Origin: Octopus bimaculoides
Taxonomy: Eukaryota
Length of the DNA stretch: 36,932 nucleotides
NCBI RefSeq assembly: GCF_001194135.2
Contig: NC_068982.1
Span: 182,756,501 to 182,793,432 of the forward strand
Reading direction: 5' to 3'
This document shows positions 34,618-36,932 of the stretch, one piece after another (position 1 is the first letter of the stretch; every line of letters starts with the position of its first letter). The notes below the pieces were generated by a model. The model saw nothing but the letters and a program-made list of their open reading frames with translations. It was not told the DNA's origin and did not search any database. A program made the position numbers and the translations under genes.

Positions 34618-36619
34618 CTGTAAAATAATTATAACCTGTGTTGCTAAGTATTTTGTCCGGGCTGCTAATGAGTCTGCCAGTGTAGTTCATAATTTTGACC
34701 AACAATTAATATTGTTCAATAAACAATGTTATATTACGTGCATTAATCTAGACAAAAGCCTGTCTGACCACTTTCATACCAAACCACTAGTTATCATTGT
34801 TACATTTTCCTGACAATGTTCTACTTGATTTACACCCTAATAATACAATAAGGGATCTTGATTTGACTTGATTTTCTCTCTCAGTAAGTATAATACTATT
34901 ATACTGTTCTACCTTAATTCCTGTAGATTTCATTTCTGCACTCCTTAACTATGTTATCAACCAGGAAATATGTTCTATTAGTAAATATGAAATTGTAGGT
35001 TTGTAAGATGGGTTACAATTATTTCATCAAGAAACAAGTATACTTTTGGTGTGTCTTAACAACGAAATTAAAAGATAAGTGAGCTTCATGGAGATTTTAT
35101 TATGATTGTAAACATTAAAGAACCTATATTATTACAATATATTTCGGAAATTATTCGTACTGTTCAATTTTGAAGACGCCATTGCCACCAATTAACTCTT
35201 GGACCTTCTATGATTGAATTTCTGAAATAACTTCTGTAGATTTGGCAGCGCGTCAGAATAATATATGGTGTCTGAAATCAAACTCTCACTTAGGTGGGGA
35301 TGGAAAGTTATTAAATACCAGACAGTTATTTATTGAAATTCTCTACAGTAAAAGCCGATGGCTTTTTGCTATACAATAAACTAGCTTCATTCTATTATAT
35401 TTAATGTCTGGGAAAATAAGTGAAACCATATAAAACAACAGGTTGAAGAGCGGCGAGTGACTCAATATAACAATTTATGGCTATCATTCTTTCAGCAATG
35501 GAGATTTTAGCTAGTTGAATGAAAGTGAGAGTGAAATAGAGGGAGAAAGGGGATAGAGAGAAAAAGAGACAGTCGGCGGTGGGGGGGGGGGTCTTTGAGA
35601 TGGGAATATGATGCTTTAAGGTATTAGTATGCGGAAAATATAGTAAATCTCTTAAAATACTAAATCCAGCAGACATGATATTGAAGCAAATCATTTTTTT
35701 ATGAAGAAAAAATTATATCTTTGGTGTTCGAACGATATGAACTGTCACTCACAGGCTTCGTTGTTGGTTCATTGAATTTGGGTGCAATCAATGATGCACC
35801 TATTCTTATACTGTACTTTCGCCAACATTACGTCAACCAATAAGTTATTATGTCGACAACAATTTTTATCTCCTGTAGTTCTTTTGGAAAAGTATAGTCT
35901 ATTACATTCGGATACAAATGTGTGGACTTACACACGCATGGAGTGCTGTTACGTTGAATATTTTTCCTTTTCTGGAAATGGCATAGTAATTAGAAACTAT
36001 ATAATTAAATACGTGTGTGTCTGAGTGTGTCTATGTAGGAATGCTGTCTTAACTGTTCTACATAAGCAATTGCTATTTACAAATGTAAATTATTGTAATC
36101 TCTACGCAGAGCAACAAAATATGTTATTTCCAACACCAGGAATACACGTCAAATTTTTTCTCCCCATAGGGACAAAGAGTTGTGACTTCCGGTATGTCCG
36201 GTAATTAAGGCTGTCGATGGACTAAAATTGCATAATTTTCACTGCTTGAAATTCTTCTATTATTTTCTAGGAAATATCAATGAGATTTTCCTCATCAGCA
36301 TGCAAAACTACACTGGGACACGTTTTAAAGATAATCTAGCGAAAATTTAAAAGAAGAACTCGACGTGGCTGGAAGAAATTTAACCAGATCCGAGATTGCT
36401 ACTAAACCAAGGCACCCCTGCTTTATTACAAGCAATTTTCGGTATGTTCAATAGAGTGTAATGTCAAATGTAATAAATGAAACATTAAGCAAATGTGATG
36501 ATATTAACGATTCAATTATTGATATTAAAAGAAACACGCACACTAACACATACACACATACACACCCACACACACACACAATACTAATATCTCCTGTACT
36601 TACACACATACACACAAGT

Positions 36620-36642
36620 GAATTCACACCCGTATGCATGTG

Positions 36643-36691
<49 letters not shown>

Positions 36692-36724
36692 ATGTATATA
36701 TATATATGTATGTATGTATGTATG

Positions 36725-36765
<41 letters not shown>
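36620..36765. repeat. AT/GT compound microsatellite
   Basis: Directly visible. Confidence 0.95.
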
Positions 36766-36771
<6 letters not shown>

Positions 36772-36932
36772 TAGTTTTAGGGAAAATAACCAATTTTCAA
36801 GAACTCATCGATGAAAATCCACTATCATATATAGAAAAATTAATAATTAAAAGCACAATAAATGAGTATAATATAAAGTAAAGTAAATATCATAAGATAA
36901 ATATAATAAAAAGATTATACGTGTTTCATAAC

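Noticed and set aside
36240-36300. Second hammerhead-like motif on the minus strand (CUGAUGA-GGAAA...UUUCC-UA-GAAA)
   Set aside because: Two extra nucleotides before GAAA, and no stem I, stem III or NUH site.

Overview
AT-rich, microsatellite-dense animal genomic DNA with five N-gaps. It is most likely from an octopus, judged from the recurrent tRNA-derived SINE families and the repeat landscape (inference, no database search). I find no intact protein-coding gene: most listed ORFs come from microsatellites or gaps, or are antisense or out-of-frame readings of dead transposons, so the window is intergenic or deep intronic. Manual translation shows layered mobile-element fossils: a Ty3/Gypsy pol relic (2.2-3.75 kb) with a SINE in its integrase, a probable hAT-Charlie transposase relic (6.8-7.6 kb) and a Charlie-type MITE with an 8-bp TSD (31.1-31.4 kb), several RTE LINE relics, a DD37D/maT-like Tc1/mariner transposase relic (12.7-13.7 kb), an R4/Dong-like LINE relic (21.8-23.1 kb) and many SINE copies. 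The most notable structures are a minimal hammerhead-ribozyme motif inside an inverted-repeat, Penelope-like unit (10.38-10.52 kb), which sits at the junction of an RTE element whose 5' half appears inverted; a 59-bp-arm hairpin at 13.96-14.10 kb; and a SINE-in-SINE chimera at 15.47 kb. I cannot support a claim of a new multi-gene system. All family assignments rest on recalled consensus motifs and need database confirmation.
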